Shown: positions 22,939-35,155, numbered from the stretch's first letter. The stretch is DNA of 64,000 bases from Rhabdochlamydiaceae bacterium (GCA_047459655.1 JAJREF010000002.1:96001-160000); one strand, 5' to 3'. Notes: generated from the letters alone by a model not told the origin. A program made the numbers and translations.

Positions 22939-24347
22939 TGAACCCTCCTCCCAAAGCTTTGATTAAGCCTACTTTGGCAAGGATGAGCAGTTCTTTAAGA
23001 TCAATGAGCTTTAACTGCTCTGAGCATAGTAACTCTTTGACTTCAATCACTTCAAGCGCGGTTGCAAGACCATGGTATAGCCGAGACTGAGCCAACTCTA
23101 CTTGCGCTTTAAGTGTTGCAACTGCTTCTTTTTGAAGCTTTAATTGAGCAGAAACCCACTTGACCGCAGCAATTTTATCTGCAACTTCCTGAGCTGCCCT
23201 AAGGAGCGTTTCATTGTAGGAAAAAATCGCCTCTTCAAACTTAGCTACTTTACTTCTTAAGTTAGATCTAATGCGCCCTGCATTAAAAATAGGCAGGTGG
23301 ATAGCTGGCAATATCGTGTAAAGATAACTTTGCGGAGAGAATAAAGTCTCAAAATGTAAACTCTCAAACCCTGCAAATATATTCAGATCGACGTTTGGAT
23401 AAAAATCTGCTTTAGCAGCGCCCACATCGTGAGCTGCTGACTCTACCCTCCAAATCTGCGCAGCTAAATCAGGCCTTCTTGCGACCAAATCAAGGGCAAT
23501 ATTCTCGGGAAGAATAAAGTCAGACTCTGGACCAAGAGAGGTGAAGGTAATGGCATTTGTCCCTGGACTCTCACCCACGAGGCTATCGATGATATATTGA
23601 TCTGTTTCAATGCACCTTTCATTTGCGGCTAATGCTTCTTGGGTATCTTCAAGCCTTTTTTTGGCCCTTAGATTGTCCATCTCTGTTCCCAACCCTTGGG
23701 TTCTTTTCTGGATAGTCAACTGTAAAAAAGAAAATCGTAAACGCTCGATCTCTTGCAGCAGATCTTTTCTTGCCAAATCTTTTTGCACACTAAAATAAGC
23801 TTGCGCAATCGATGTAGTCACAATGAGCGTGCTACTTGCAAGTTCTGCCTCTTCCATTTTTTTTAAACCCAAGGCTGATTTAAACATATGCATGTTTTTG
23901 CCCCAAAAATCGAACTCATAACTCAATGTGGGACCCACATCAATCTGATCGATATAGGGAGGAAGATTAGGATCCAGCGATCTAAAAAAAGAGTTCTTTC
24001 CGTAATACATCCAATTAGACTGCGCTTCAATGCCTACGGCAGGAAAAGAAAGAGCGCTTTACCTTAGCAAACTCAGCTGCGCTAGCAATCCTTGCTTGCG
24101 CTCTCTTCAGCGTAGGGTTTTCTTCCAGCCCTCGCTTCATTAAATCTGCTAGTTGTTGATCACATAACCCCTTCCACCAGTCTAAGCCTGGCCAATCTCC
24201 TTTTACAAAAGTGGCACTGTTCTGGGTCTTTATTTCCACTTTTTCTAATGAGATATGGGAAACGCGCGCATCCCCTTCCATTTGAGGAATTGATGTGCAT
24301 GCCCCCAAAAAAAATAAAATAGAGACGGCTATTAATTTATTGCTCAT
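22931..24347 (-). CDS. Outer-membrane efflux lipoprotein (NodT/OMF), frameshift near 24045
   Basis: Lipobox FLGAC, YEFDFWG, RRPDL, PIFNAGR, KALGGG. Confidence 0.9.
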
Positions 24348-24461
24348 TGATTTCCTTATTATAAAATACACATTTTTAATCAACCAAGTTCTATAATAAA
24401 AAAACTTTCTTCCATTTTATTTTCAATTATTTGTATAAACAAAATAAAGAGGTATTAATAT

Positions 24462-25898
24462 ATGGCGCGCTTTTTGCACCCCCTGTCCAAGAAAAGAACT
24501 CTTCTCTTTTTAACATCCGCCTATCTCTTACACTCTCCGCTTTTCTCAGCAGAGCAGAACAAACAAGAATCTGTCAATACGGACAGGTTCACGCTAAGAC
24601 ACATCGAATCAAAAGGGATCGGGTATAATCAGGGGTATACAACACTAGAAGCCTTTTTTCTTCCCTTAGAGCCCCTCAGGGGTCGTTGGGTCCCCTTCCT
24701 AGATGGAAGGGCGCATATTTTTAATAATGCAAGACCCGCTGCCAACATAGGCGTGGGCGCACGCTATCTGAACTCTAGAATATGGGGAGCTAATCTCTAT
24801 TACGACTTCCGTCAAACATCCAAGCTCAACTACAGCCAAATTTCTTGTGGACTAGAAACTATCGGGGAAAAAATCGATGCCCGGATCAATGGATACTTTC
24901 CTGTTGGTAAACACACTAAGATATATGGCCGAACCACATTCGATCACTTCCAAGGGAACTACATGTATCTATCTCAAAAGGAACAATTTGCCCTCCAAGG
25001 AGTCAACGCAGAGCTAGGTGTCCATCTAGGTAGATCAAAAAAAATAGCCTTCTATACCGCTTTTGGACCTTATTATTTTTGTAATAATTCCAAACAAGCA
25101 ATTGGTGGATCTGCTAGAATTTCTATGGATATCCAAGACGCTTTTAAACTAGAAGTCAACACCTCTTACGATACTCTCTTTGGTTGGATTGGACAAGGAC
25201 AAATCAGTCTTTCCTATGCCTTTCAGCCTCGAAGATTTGATAGACTGCGCGGCCAGAAAAAGCCTTCCTCCCCTTCTTTTGATATCCGCACGCGCCTCCT
25301 CCAAAAAGTTGATAAGTTTGAAATCATCGTAGTGGACACTAAAAAACACAAAACAAAAGCAATCAATCCCACAACAGGACAGCCCTACTTCTTTCTCTTT
25401 TTAGATCCCAACAATGCTGAAAATGGGGTTGGAACTTTTGAATCTCCTATTAACTCATTAGAAAACATCGAAAATTTCGTCCCGCTACACCATGAGCCTA
25501 TAGAAACACTACCCCTTTCTCTACCTGCCGAACTAGCTCCAGAAAATCGCATGACTCTTCATTCAGTAGAAGAAATTCCCTCTAAAACCCCTGAAGAACC
25601 GCTCATTCATAGACTAGAAGTCATTGCCTCACCTCCTCCATTAACAACTCCTTCTGAAAAATCAATGCAGTTAATAGCTGAAGTCCCTAATATCTCTCCC
25701 CAAAAACCCGCATTAAACGAAATCTTTCTTGTTCCAGACAAAGGGCAAGAACTACAAACAACTCTAGGAACCGTTATGGTTCCTGCCTCACAAAAAGGCC
25801 ATCCTAAAATTACACATGTGAAAGACATCGAATACCAAGGTAAAAAAACCCATGTTTTTGTCATTACAATGGAAGAAGACGATGTCGATTCTCAATAA
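24462..25898 (+). CDS. Inverse-autotransporter-type beta-barrel protein with Pro/Glu-rich tail
   Basis: Signal peptide; ANIGVGARY, WGANLYYD, DARINGYFP barrel motifs; GTFESP motif then a low-complexity tail. Confidence 0.7.
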   Translation: MARFLHPLSKKRTLLFLTSAYLLHSPLFSAEQNKQESVNTDRFTLRHIESKGIGYNQGYTTLEAFFLPLEPLRGRWVPFLDGRAHIFNNARPAANIGVGARYLNSRIWGANLYYDFRQTSKLNYSQISCGLETIGEKIDARINGYFPVGKHTKIYGRTTFDHFQGNYMYLSQKEQFALQGVNAELGVHLGRSKKIAFYTAFGPYYFCNNSKQAIGGSARISMDIQDAFKLEVNTSYDTLFGWIGQGQISLSYAFQPRRFDRLRGQKKPSSPSFDIRTRLLQKVDKFEIIVVDTKKHKTKAINPTTGQPYFFLFLDPNNAENGVGTFESPINSLENIENFVPLHHEPIETLPLSLPAELAPENRMTLHSVEEIPSKTPEEPLIHRLEVIASPPPLTTPSEKSMQLIAEVPNISPQKPALNEIFLVPDKGQELQTTLGTVMVPASQKGHPKITHVKDIEYQGKKTHVFVITMEEDDVDSQ

Positions 25899-26051
25899 AT
25901 AGTTGATTATCAATCAAAAAAAATCAGCAGTTTCCACCAGGTTTTTTATATATAGAAAGGAATCAAAAAAAATTTTGCATAAGGTGAACTGAAGAGAGAA
26001 CCCACGCATAATTTACAATTTCTAGCGGAAGCTGCTGCAAAAAGGGAATGA

Positions 26052-27516
26052 TGTCAACGCAAAATAGAAATGTCCGCTTTTCTCCAATTTAGAAATGTCC
26101 TCTTTGGATGTTCTGATCTTCATTGGACTTGTCCGTTTTTTATCTAAAATACCCATTTTCAAAAGCTCTTCTCTTATCTCCACGGGTGACTCCTTGAAGG
26201 TTTTTGAGGTTTTTTGTTTATCCAATTAAGTGCTAAATCTATTTCTTTGGACATCACAATTTTCCCTTGCGGTTCTTCCCCATATATCTTGTATTTTAAC
26301 TCCTTGCCCTTATACAGCACTCTTACCCGTCCATTGAGATCTTCTAGAAGCATGACTTTTGCTTTCCTTAGAGTGTATGATGATCTTTCACTATCGATCT
26401 GATAAAGACTGTTTTTGTATTGGAAGCTTAAGTTTTTAGAGAGACATCGGATTTCCTGGTAACTGAAAATCTCTTCTAAGTTCTCTTCTGGTTTTAAAGC
26501 TCGATGAGCATCTTCTGCGTTTCTAGGAGCTACGGCAAATTTTTTGTTATACTTCTCTATGAACTCGGGAATCCATTCATTTGCCTTTTCAATAGTTGAA
26601 ATATTTTTTTCTCTCATCTCCTTGACTAAACGATCTTGCAATGTTTGATTGGCTTTTTCAACTCTTCCTTTTGCCTGGGGTGTATTGGCACAAATGAGCT
26701 TGATATCGAGTTTTTTTAGGACTCTTCCAAACTCTGTCACTCCATTACCAGATACAGCTTCTTTGTGGTTGACTCTAAAAACTCCATATTTATCGCTGTA
26801 GAAAGCAAGTGGTTTTCCACATCTCTTTAGATACCTTTTTGTCGCTTTAAAATAAGATTCTGTTGTTTCACCAAGAGAAAAAAACAGCTCGACAAGTCTA
26901 CTAGTTGCATCATCAATGTATACTAAAAGGGTACACCTGGGTCCTCTATTTTCAAACCAGTCATGGGGAGATCCGTCTATTTGTACAAGATCTCCATACT
27001 GACTCCTTCTTGGTCTCATCGGGTGGATAACTGCCTTTTTAGCTTTTTTAGGAGACCAAATATTTTCTTCTATCATCCATTTCCTAAGCGTCTCTATAGA
27101 CAATGTAAGCTTATGTTTTTCCTCTAACTTTTCTTGAGCTAACGTAGGGCCATAATCTGCATAATGAGCGGAAATCAGCTTTAGGACTTGTGATCTAAAA
27201 GCTTCTGTTAACCTGCGATTACTAGGCTGCCCTCTCTTTTGGAAACTAAGCCAGCTTCTCCATGCAGTTCGTAAGCTTGTTTTAAACGTCTAACTTGTCT
27301 GGCTGTTATCCCCAGACGTTGTCCCACTTCTATCTGGGAAAAGCTTTTTCTTTTTAAATTGCGCATCATTTCAACTCTTTCTAATTCTCTTCTGCTCATA
27401 GTTATCAACTCCTTCACTCTCACCTCCTTTCAAAAACAAATTTGAATGAGGTCAGTATCTTCAAAAGAGGACATTTCTATTTAGCAGAAAGAGGACATTA
27501 TCATTTTGGGCTAACA
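26052..27516 (-). mobile_element. Insertion sequence, IS1202-family-like (ISNCY), 1465 bp with 14/15-bp target duplication
   Basis: Ends TGTCAACGCAAAATAGAAATGTCC and GGACATTATCATTTTGGGCTAACA; repeated subterminal TAGAAATGTCC; flanks CAAAAA(A)GGGAATGA at 26038-26051 and 27517-27531. Confidence 0.9.
26174..27423 (-). CDS. DDE transposase (frameshift near 27230)
   Basis: N-terminal HTH (LGITARQVRRL), QIDGSPHDWFE, YIDDATS, YSDK, PQAKGRVEKANQTLQDRL. Confidence 0.92.
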
Positions 27517-27567
27517 CAAAAAAGGGAATGATTGTAAAAAAATTCAATAGGTGCTAAAGTCATTCCC

Positions 27568-28923
27568 ATGGATATCATTAGCTCTCTTACTATTAGTAGA
27601 CAGATTAACTTTAAAACCGTTTCTCACGCTGCACCTCTTATCATTCAGGCAGCTTTATCTATTTTAGGAGGCTTAAAAGGCCCTCTTAGTCCAGGATTAA
27701 AAGGTATCGCTACATTCGTTATCCCAGGAATTTCTTTACTTGTTTTACGAAGTTTCTCCTTGCCTTGTAGATTAATAACAGTTGCCTGTATAGTAAATTT
27801 TTTATTCGAACAGTTAAATCCCAAAAGTGAGAATCCAGATCAACATAGAGGCCCTAATGACCTTCAAGTCGCTCCATCGATCCCACCCACTACAGCTTCA
27901 TTACAAGAAGAATTAAAAAAAGCCCTTTTAGATCTTGGGATGGCAAGAGAAGAGAATCTTCAATTATTGGAAAAAACTCGTTTAAAAGCTCTTACCGAGG
28001 AAGGTAGTAGACAAGAAATACAATCTCTTAGAAAACAAGTCGTTGCACTTGGTGGTCAATTACCAGAATTAACCATTAGCAATGTAATTGATCAAATCCA
28101 TCAAAAACAGGAACAGTTGCGAGCGCACCATTGGAGCAACTCTCCATTTTTTAAAAATCTATTAACTCATTACCAAGTTCACTATAATCCTCCTCAAGCA
28201 GATGTATTACAACTAACAGAAACTGCGATTGGGAACCATCTAAACACTAACGGTCAAGTTAAATTTTCTATTCCTTTCGCTAATTTCCATAGAAATTGCC
28301 TAGATGCCTTAAACTTAAATAAGAACCCATCGGAAGCAACTTTGGAAAGTGAAAGACGATTTCGACTTTCAGCAAAATTTGACCCCTTTCCCAGATGCTT
28401 AACAATGATATCTAATGGAGCAAACCCAAGATTTCCAAGCCAACGCCAAGTGGGGAATTATATCCTTGTTAACTCTACATATGGAGAAATAACTAATTTT
28501 TGGAAGATAGTAAAAAACCCGTACCCTGAATATGGGACTAGCTTACAACTTAATGTCTGTTCACAAGATGATCCAGATAGATTTTTTCTTTCCATCTCTG
28601 CAGCATCTTTCGCTATTTGTAATACTGGAGCTCATGTGCCCCTCGAATCGTATCCCTCCTCATTTCAAGAATTCCTTAAGAATGATAAAGCCGTACGCGG
28701 TATTATTGATGATTACCTCTACGACACCAATTTTAGATATCCCTTTATGTTTTGGGGAGATGGTGACCGTGAATTTTGTAGTACAATGGATTACTTGGGA
28801 TTATCGGCGTGTCTTTTTCTCCCTGGTACTATGACAAAAACAGGAAGTCAGCTTTCTGAAGCTGTTCTAGTGCTTGGGGAAACTTGTTCTACACAAATAC
28901 GTAAGCTTTTGACCCCTCCCTAA
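27568..28923 (+). CDS. Hypothetical protein: hydrophobic N-terminus, coiled coil, globular C-terminus
   Basis: Intact 451-aa ORF; hydrophobic residues about 20-80, heptad-rich region about 110-185. Confidence 0.75.
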   Translation: MDIISSLTISRQINFKTVSHAAPLIIQAALSILGGLKGPLSPGLKGIATFVIPGISLLVLRSFSLPCRLITVACIVNFLFEQLNPKSENPDQHRGPNDLQVAPSIPPTTASLQEELKKALLDLGMAREENLQLLEKTRLKALTEEGSRQEIQSLRKQVVALGGQLPELTISNVIDQIHQKQEQLRAHHWSNSPFFKNLLTHYQVHYNPPQADVLQLTETAIGNHLNTNGQVKFSIPFANFHRNCLDALNLNKNPSEATLESERRFRLSAKFDPFPRCLTMISNGANPRFPSQRQVGNYILVNSTYGEITNFWKIVKNPYPEYGTSLQLNVCSQDDPDRFFLSISAASFAICNTGAHVPLESYPSSFQEFLKNDKAVRGIIDDYLYDTNFRYPFMFWGDGDREFCSTMDYLGLSACLFLPGTMTKTGSQLSEAVLVLGETCSTQIRKLLTPP

Positions 28924-28924
28924 A

Positions 28925-28990
28925 GGAACCTCTGGACAAGTCCTTCGTCGAATCTTGTTGCCAATTTTTGCGAATACTAGATTTTTTGAA
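28925..28990. repeat. Truncated element B4 (inverted relative to B1/B2)
   Basis: GGAACCTCTGGACAAGTCCTTCGTCGAATCTTGTTGCCAATTTTTGCGAATACTAGATTTTT is the reverse complement of the B1 right arm. Confidence 0.85.
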
Positions 28991-29043
28991 AGAAATCTAA
29001 CGTAGAAGATGCAGAAGAACTGCTAGAATTCATTTGACTCTTA

Positions 29044-29821
29044 CTACTTGAGAAAAGCCAGCTGAGATAGTCTAAGATCTATTGTATAGGGTTTTTCTGG
29101 GAGCTCTTTTCGAAGCTCGAGGTAGTTCCCTAAATTTTGCTCATACTCTTTTGTATGTAACCGAAGAGTTCTAAGAAATCCCCCATCTTCAAGTGATTAA
29201 TACTATTCCTCTTGTTCCTAGTGTTTCTTCGAAGGCTTTCTCTACATCGATCTGTTTGAGAGTAAAGGGAAGCTTAGAAGAAAACTTCAATAGGGCAAAA
29301 GCAAGCGATAGCTTTTTATCTAAAATGGGCTGGTTCCACTTGATCTCAGTCTTTCCTAAATAAATGTAAGGGAAGATTTTTAGGAGGGGAAAATGGAGAA
29401 ATGGGAAAAGGGTAACCAAACTCATCAATAGCGGTATTTTCAAAATCACGTAGGAGGGCCCAGGGTTGCCGAACAGTGTAATCGATGTAGATCGTATCAG
29501 GCTCTATTAACTCTACCTTTGCCTCTTTGATAACAGGTGATGCAAGGAGCCTTTTTTCAGCAAGTTGAGGGTTAAAATAGGCAATGGGAGTCGGGGGATC
29601 TGCTGCAATATTGATCAATTCTGCTAAATAAGTGGTGGTAAGTATCTCTTTTTGAGGGCCTGTCTGCACAATACGACTCAAGTAGTAGTGAGGGCTGTGC
29701 TTTCTTTGGTATTGTTTTCTAACATAAGATCTTTAAAATAAGATGAGAAGTTCCTGTAAAAAAACAAGCTGCACCCCGCAATCCATATTAAAGCTTCCAC
29801 CAAAGGGAGTTGCTTTTTCAT
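29044..29821 (-). CDS. FtsQ/DivIB-like protein (frameshifted)
   Basis: N-terminal TM, LLASPVIKEAKV..PDTIYIDYTVRQPWA, C-terminal IDLR; follows ddl. Confidence 0.65.
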
Positions 29822-32159
29822 GTTTGCAATTTGCGATTTTGCATGCGCCCCCTTTGGAATCCTGACACGATCATTCGGTCAAATGTTTCGTGCTCAGACA
29901 AGCCTTTTGTTGCCCATAATTTAGGGTAAGGACTGGTTGGCGTACACCCTGGCATTGGATTAATTTCATTGAAAATCCAGCTTCCATCAGGCCTTAAGAA
30001 AAAATCGATGCGCGAAAGCCCTGCACACTCAAATACTTTGTATGCTAAAGAAGCTAGCCGCTTTCCCTCTGCGGCAATGGGATCCGGAAGAACAATATCG
30101 ATGGTAGAGGGGGTTGCTGTAGACCCATATTTTTCTGCATAGGTATGCAATTCATCATGGCGCGTGATTTCTAAAGGAACTATGAGGAATTGTTCGTTCC
30201 CTAAAAATCCAAACTGAATCTCTCTTCCAACAATTTCTTCTTCGATTAAGAACTTGTAGTCACAAGCTTACAAATGGCATCAATTGCCTTTTCTAGCTCA
30301 TCTAGATGTTTAATACGGAACACTCCAATTGTAGAACCGAGATGGGAGGCTTTAGCAAAAAAAGGAGGTTTAAATGTTTGTGCAATTTTTTGTATACACT
30401 CGTCACGGGATTTCTCCCATTCATAAGCAAAAAACTCAAGAAAAGGGGCGATAGGAATATGATGCGACTGTGCAACGTGCTTTGTCCATACTTTATCCAT
30501 GACAATAGCACCTGTTCTATAACTGCAGCCAACATAGGGAATGTCAAGAGTTTCTAAAAATCCTTGCAGCATGCCATCTTCTCCAAAAGGCCCGTGAAGC
30601 ATAGGAAAACAGATATCGCTTTCTCTAAGCTCCTGTATGGCCTGCATGAGCCCTACTTGCTGTCCTTCGATCAGCCACTCTCCTTTTTTTGAAATGGTGA
30701 AATGCTTTATCTCATAGTAATCAGAATTAACCATTGTTGAAATCACACTGGCTGAACTCAGTGATACTTCGTGCTCAGAAGACTTCCCTCCTGAGACAAG
30801 AGCAAGTTTATAGGAAGGGATTGGCATCTTTAAAACTTCAGGGCCTAAATGTGTGATGTTTCCAGCTCCCATGGTGATGAGGACATCGTGAGGTCTTAAA
30901 AATTGGGATAGAAATCTAGACATTTCTTCTCGCTTACAGAAATAGCTTTCGAAAGAGTTGTGCTCTTGGATTTCTTTGAAAAGACGGAAACCCGTTACCC
31001 CTTCAATGGGCTCTTCTCTTGCTGGATAAATATCTGTGAGCAATAAAACATCTGCTGCTTCAAAAGCCTTTAAGTAATCTTTCCAGGTGTCTTGAGTCCG
31101 CGTATAACGATGGGGCTGAAACGCCACTATCAGTCGTTTTTCACCTGTAGCTGCTCTAGCAGCTTTGAGCGTAGCTTTAATCTCTGTAGGATGATGAGCA
31201 TAGTCATCATAGATGAGAACGCCCCTTTTTTCTCCCTTTTTCTCCATACGTCTTTTAACGCCACTGAAAATTTTAAAAGCTTTGCGAATAACAGATGCAG
31301 GGATACCGACAGCAAGGGCAAGGGCAAAAACTGCTGTAGCATTAAGGGCGTTATATCGACCTACAATCGTTGTTTCTACCTGTGAAAAAGTTTCTCCTTC
31401 AATATGAAGATCAAAAGTGGAGCCCCACTTCTCCTGTTTCCAATGGCTTATTTGAATATCCGCATCTTCTGAAAAACCGTAGCTTTTTCCATTTAGTCGA
31501 AGGTGGGATAAGCAAGGATCATCGGCACACCAAAAGAGTTTGTCTTTGTCTATGACATGTGAGGCAAATTGCTGAAATCCAGCAATGAGAGCTTCTTCTG
31601 TTTTCCAATAATTGAGATGATCGTTATCGATATTGGTAATGATAGCTCCATAGGGCGCGCATCGTAAAAAAGAGCCATCGCTTTCATCTGCTTCTGCTAC
31701 GAAAAACTCTCCAACACCATGCCCTCCATTTGACTCAAAATTACAAACAGTTCCTCCAATAGCAAAGGAAGGGGCATAATTTGCCTCGGCAAGCACATGA
31801 GCAAGCAAGCTTGATGTCGTTGTCTTCCCATGTGTTCCTGTTACGGCAAGAACCTGTTTTTCTTGCATAAGCTCTGAGAGCAATTCAGACCTATGCATGA
31901 TGCGGAGATTATGCGCATGCGCGGCCTGAATTTCTGGATGATCTGCGGAAATATCTGTACTATAAATAACAGTCATTGAGGGAGAAACATGCTCATAAGA
32001 GTGCCCGACAAAAACACTTGCGCCTGCTTGCTGTAGGCCTTCTGTGATATAAGAGGAAGAAATATCGCTTCCTGATACGCGGGCTCCTTTCTGCAGGAGG
32101 ATTTTTGCAAGAGCGCTCATACCGATCCCGCCAATTCCAATAAAATGGTACGTATTCAT
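29818..32159 (-). CDS. murC-ddl: MurC-Ddl fusion (frameshift near 30260)
   Basis: GIGGIGMSALA, GTHGKTTT, DDYAHHPTE, then GGKSSEHEVS, LHGPFGEDG and NEINPMPG. The MurC-Ddl junction lies within one ORF. Confidence 0.95.
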
Positions 32160-32214
32160 AATGATATCCTTGAACCTATTCCGTATTATTATCGGGATAG
32201 GTTCTTCTTAAATA

Positions 32215-32301
32215 ACTCACCTTACACAAAAAAGATAGGTCATGGAGTGTTTGAAAGCTGTTGAAACACTCCATGACCTATCCTTTTTGCGTAAGGTGAG
32301 T
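32215..32301. mobile_element. Palindromic element C1 (internally deleted, 87 nt) with TAAATA direct repeats
   Basis: ACTCACCTTAC..GATAGGTCATGGAGTGTTT / AAACACTCCATGACCTATC..GTAAGGTGAGT. Full-length copy at 50531-50693. Confidence 0.88.
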
Positions 32302-33360
32302 TAAATAAGCATAAATAATATCAGACAGTTCTTCTTTGCTTTCATCTTTGTAAGAAGCAATCGATGCACGCATTTCCTCTAAACGCTTAGGATCAATGTT
32401 TTCTTTCACAAGCTCGCCCATTGATTTTGCGTTAAGCTGGGATTCTACACAGACAACAGCAGCCCCTTTTTCCTCTACAGCGCGCGCATTGATCTCTTGA
32501 TGGTTTTCTGTTGCGTGAGGAAATGGGATAAAAAAGAGCAGGAACGCCTGCCGCCATTTGCTCTGCTACCGTCCACGCTCCTGATCTACAAACGACATAA
32601 TCAGCAGAACTCCACGCTTTTTCCATCTGTTCTTCAAAAGCTTTGACGCATGAATGAATCCCTTGAACTCCATACCATTTCCGTACTTTTTCTGCACTCT
32701 CTGCTGTTCCTGTGATGTGAATAACCTGAAATTGATTTTTTTCAAGGCCGATTTGGCTAACTGCTTGAGAAAAAGGTGGTTGATAGAGTCAGCACCTTGG
32801 GATCCTCCAAAAACAAGGAAGGTAAATCTTTGAGCATCAAGATAGAAATACTCCCTTGCCTCTCCTTGCCCTGTCTTCTTCTTAGGAACTTGCATTTTTA
32901 TCTCTATACACCGCCCTTTCATCCATTTCGCAGCTTCTTTAAATTGGAGTGTAGAAAGGAGGGCCCATCTAGAAAATAAGCGGTTCACTTTTCCTGGAAT
33001 AGCGTTAGGCTCAAACAAGATAATGGGGATTTTTTTTAGCTTAGCTGCCACCAAAACAGGGAAAGAATAAAAACTACCAAAACCAATCACTAAGGTAGGC
33101 TTATAGGTTGAAAGAATTTTCAAGCTCTGGACCACGCCTTTGAGAATGTTCCACCAAGCTTTCAAAATATTCCCTCGAAAGGGCGTTGAGCTAGACACTT
33201 CGACATACAAATGTGCATCTCTTTTAAAGTACTTGTTTTTTTTTACCTCTCCCCCAGCAAATAAGATATCGATCCCTTTTGCATATAGTTGCATTGCTAA
33301 AGCCTGTGCTGGAAAGATGTGGCCTCCTGTGCCGCCTGTTGTGATGACAACTTTATACAT
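32278..33360 (-). CDS. murG: MurG GlcNAc transferase (frameshifted; stop lies inside element C1)
   Basis: GGTGGHIFPA, EPNAIPGKVN, FGGSQGA, CRSGA. Confidence 0.93.
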
Positions 33361-34450
33361 GAACTCTCTTTTGGTAATGGGAAATGTTTAAGATTACGCA
33401 AACCATGATGAAATTCGCAAGAAGAGAAGAGCCTCCCTGGCTGAAAAAGGAAGGTTGGTTCCTTTACTGGGAAGCAGTCCTGAAACAACGCCCAGGTTAA
33501 GAAATGCCTGAAAACAAAGTAAAAAGGTAAAAATGGCTACGATATAAAACGCTTGGAGATCTTGCGTTTGAGAAGCGATAGAAAAACCAGCATACGCAAT
33601 TAACATGTAGATAAAAATCAATCCTACCATGCCTATGAACCCAAATTCTTCTGCAAAAATAGCCGCGATATAATCGCTCCTTGCTTCAGGGAGGTAATCG
33701 AGTTTTTGCATGCTCTCTCCCAACCCTTTCCCCAAAAGGCCTCCTGAACCTGCAGCAATTTTTGCTTGGTGAGGCTGATGCCCCTTCCCTTGCAAATCAA
33801 GTTCTGGATGGAGATAGATTTGAATCCTTGCACCCACATGAGGCATTTGAGAAGCAACTGCAATACCTACTCCCGTTAAGAAAAGGAGAGGTAATCCCCA
33901 GTAGATCCACTTGGTTTTTGTTAGGATAAACAACGTAAAGAGAGTGGCCATAATGATAGCAACTGTTCCATTATCAGGCTCAATTAAAATAAGGCCCATA
34001 GGGATTGCAATTTTACCAAGAATTTTTAGAAAATTATTCAATGAAACAGGTTTTGGAAGTCCCGCAATAGCCTGAATGTAGTACATAGGGATAAACAGCT
34101 TAACAAATTCAGAGGGTTGAAAGGAATACCCACCTATATTAAGCCACCTGTAGGCTCCATTGATATTTTGTCCGATCCCTGGAATGAAAACACAGATGAG
34201 AAGAACTGTACTTGCAACTAAAAAAAAGCCACTCAAACGGAGCATGTTTTCATAGCCTAAAAACCAGATGCAAATGGCAGCAACAGACCCTAAAATAGCA
34301 TACAGTATCTGTTTCATCATTGCATGGTATGTTGCGCGAGGTAGAGATCTATCCAACACCTCCGCTGACGTTGTATTAAACACCATGCATAAGCCGTAGC
34401 ACAAATAAAATTAAAACACAGATAACAAGAACAAGCGCTCTTTTACTCAT
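33353..34450 (-). CDS. ftsW: SEDS peptidoglycan polymerase (frameshifts near both ends)
   Basis: GAYRW, FQPSEFVK, EPDNGT, LPEARSDYIAAIFAEEFG, GLLPSKG. Confidence 0.92.
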
Positions 34451-35155
34451 GTATGCGAATCTGATCACCGGCTTTTAAACGACGAGCTTTCTCTTCTGTC
34501 AAGTTATTTAGCTTGAGAAGATCTTCCATTTTCATGTGGTTTTTGACAGCAATTGCCCAGAGATTATCCCCATTTTTAATCGTATAGTATTTGACATGAC
34601 TTGCTTCAGCAGGATTAGAAGAGGTTGCCTGTGTTTTTTTGCTTTTTGTAGGGATTTTAAGAACCTGCCCAATTTTAAGACGTGTATTGCTCATCTTGTT
34701 TGCTTGCATGATCTCATCTACGGTGACATGGTTCAACCTAGCAATTTTTTCAAGCACGTCCCCTTTTTCACTTTGACCTCTTTGTAAGAAGAGTCTTCTG
34801 TGATAGCAGGAGCATCTTGAGCAGGAGAGGTTTGAAAAGGAGAAAGGCCGGTGATTGCTTGCACATCTTCTGCAAAATTGGGTTTGATTTCAACAGGAGT
34901 TGCAGCAACAGAAGGGGTTGCATACTGACTGAATCATTTGATCAACTTCATCTCCTGATAAACTTGGAGCTATTTTAGGAACTTCTGGTAAGTGTCAAGG
35001 CAGGGGGTTCTTCTTTTTGAATAATAGTTGGGGAGACACTAGTAGTCAGTGGCTCTCCTGCGCTGGGATCACTCTTTCAGGCTTGTAGCAAACAGCACAA
35101 TCAACAGACCAGCATTCAATAAAATAGCTATAATAACCGTATCTTTTCGGCTCAT
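34443..35155 (-). CDS. LysM-domain protein (chlamydial NlpD-like), frameshifted
   Basis: N-terminal TM MSRKDTVIIAILLNAGL, two C-terminal LysM repeats, located between murD and ftsW. Confidence 0.85.

Noticed and set aside
25972..26022. XerC-like half sites (ATTTTGCATAA, CGCATAA) beside the IS1202-like element, suggesting dif targeting
   Set aside because: No TTATGTTAA-like XerD arm follows either one, and they are not immediately adjacent to the insertion.
29818..32159. MurC-Ddl fusion as a novelty
   Set aside because: It is an established chlamydial feature.
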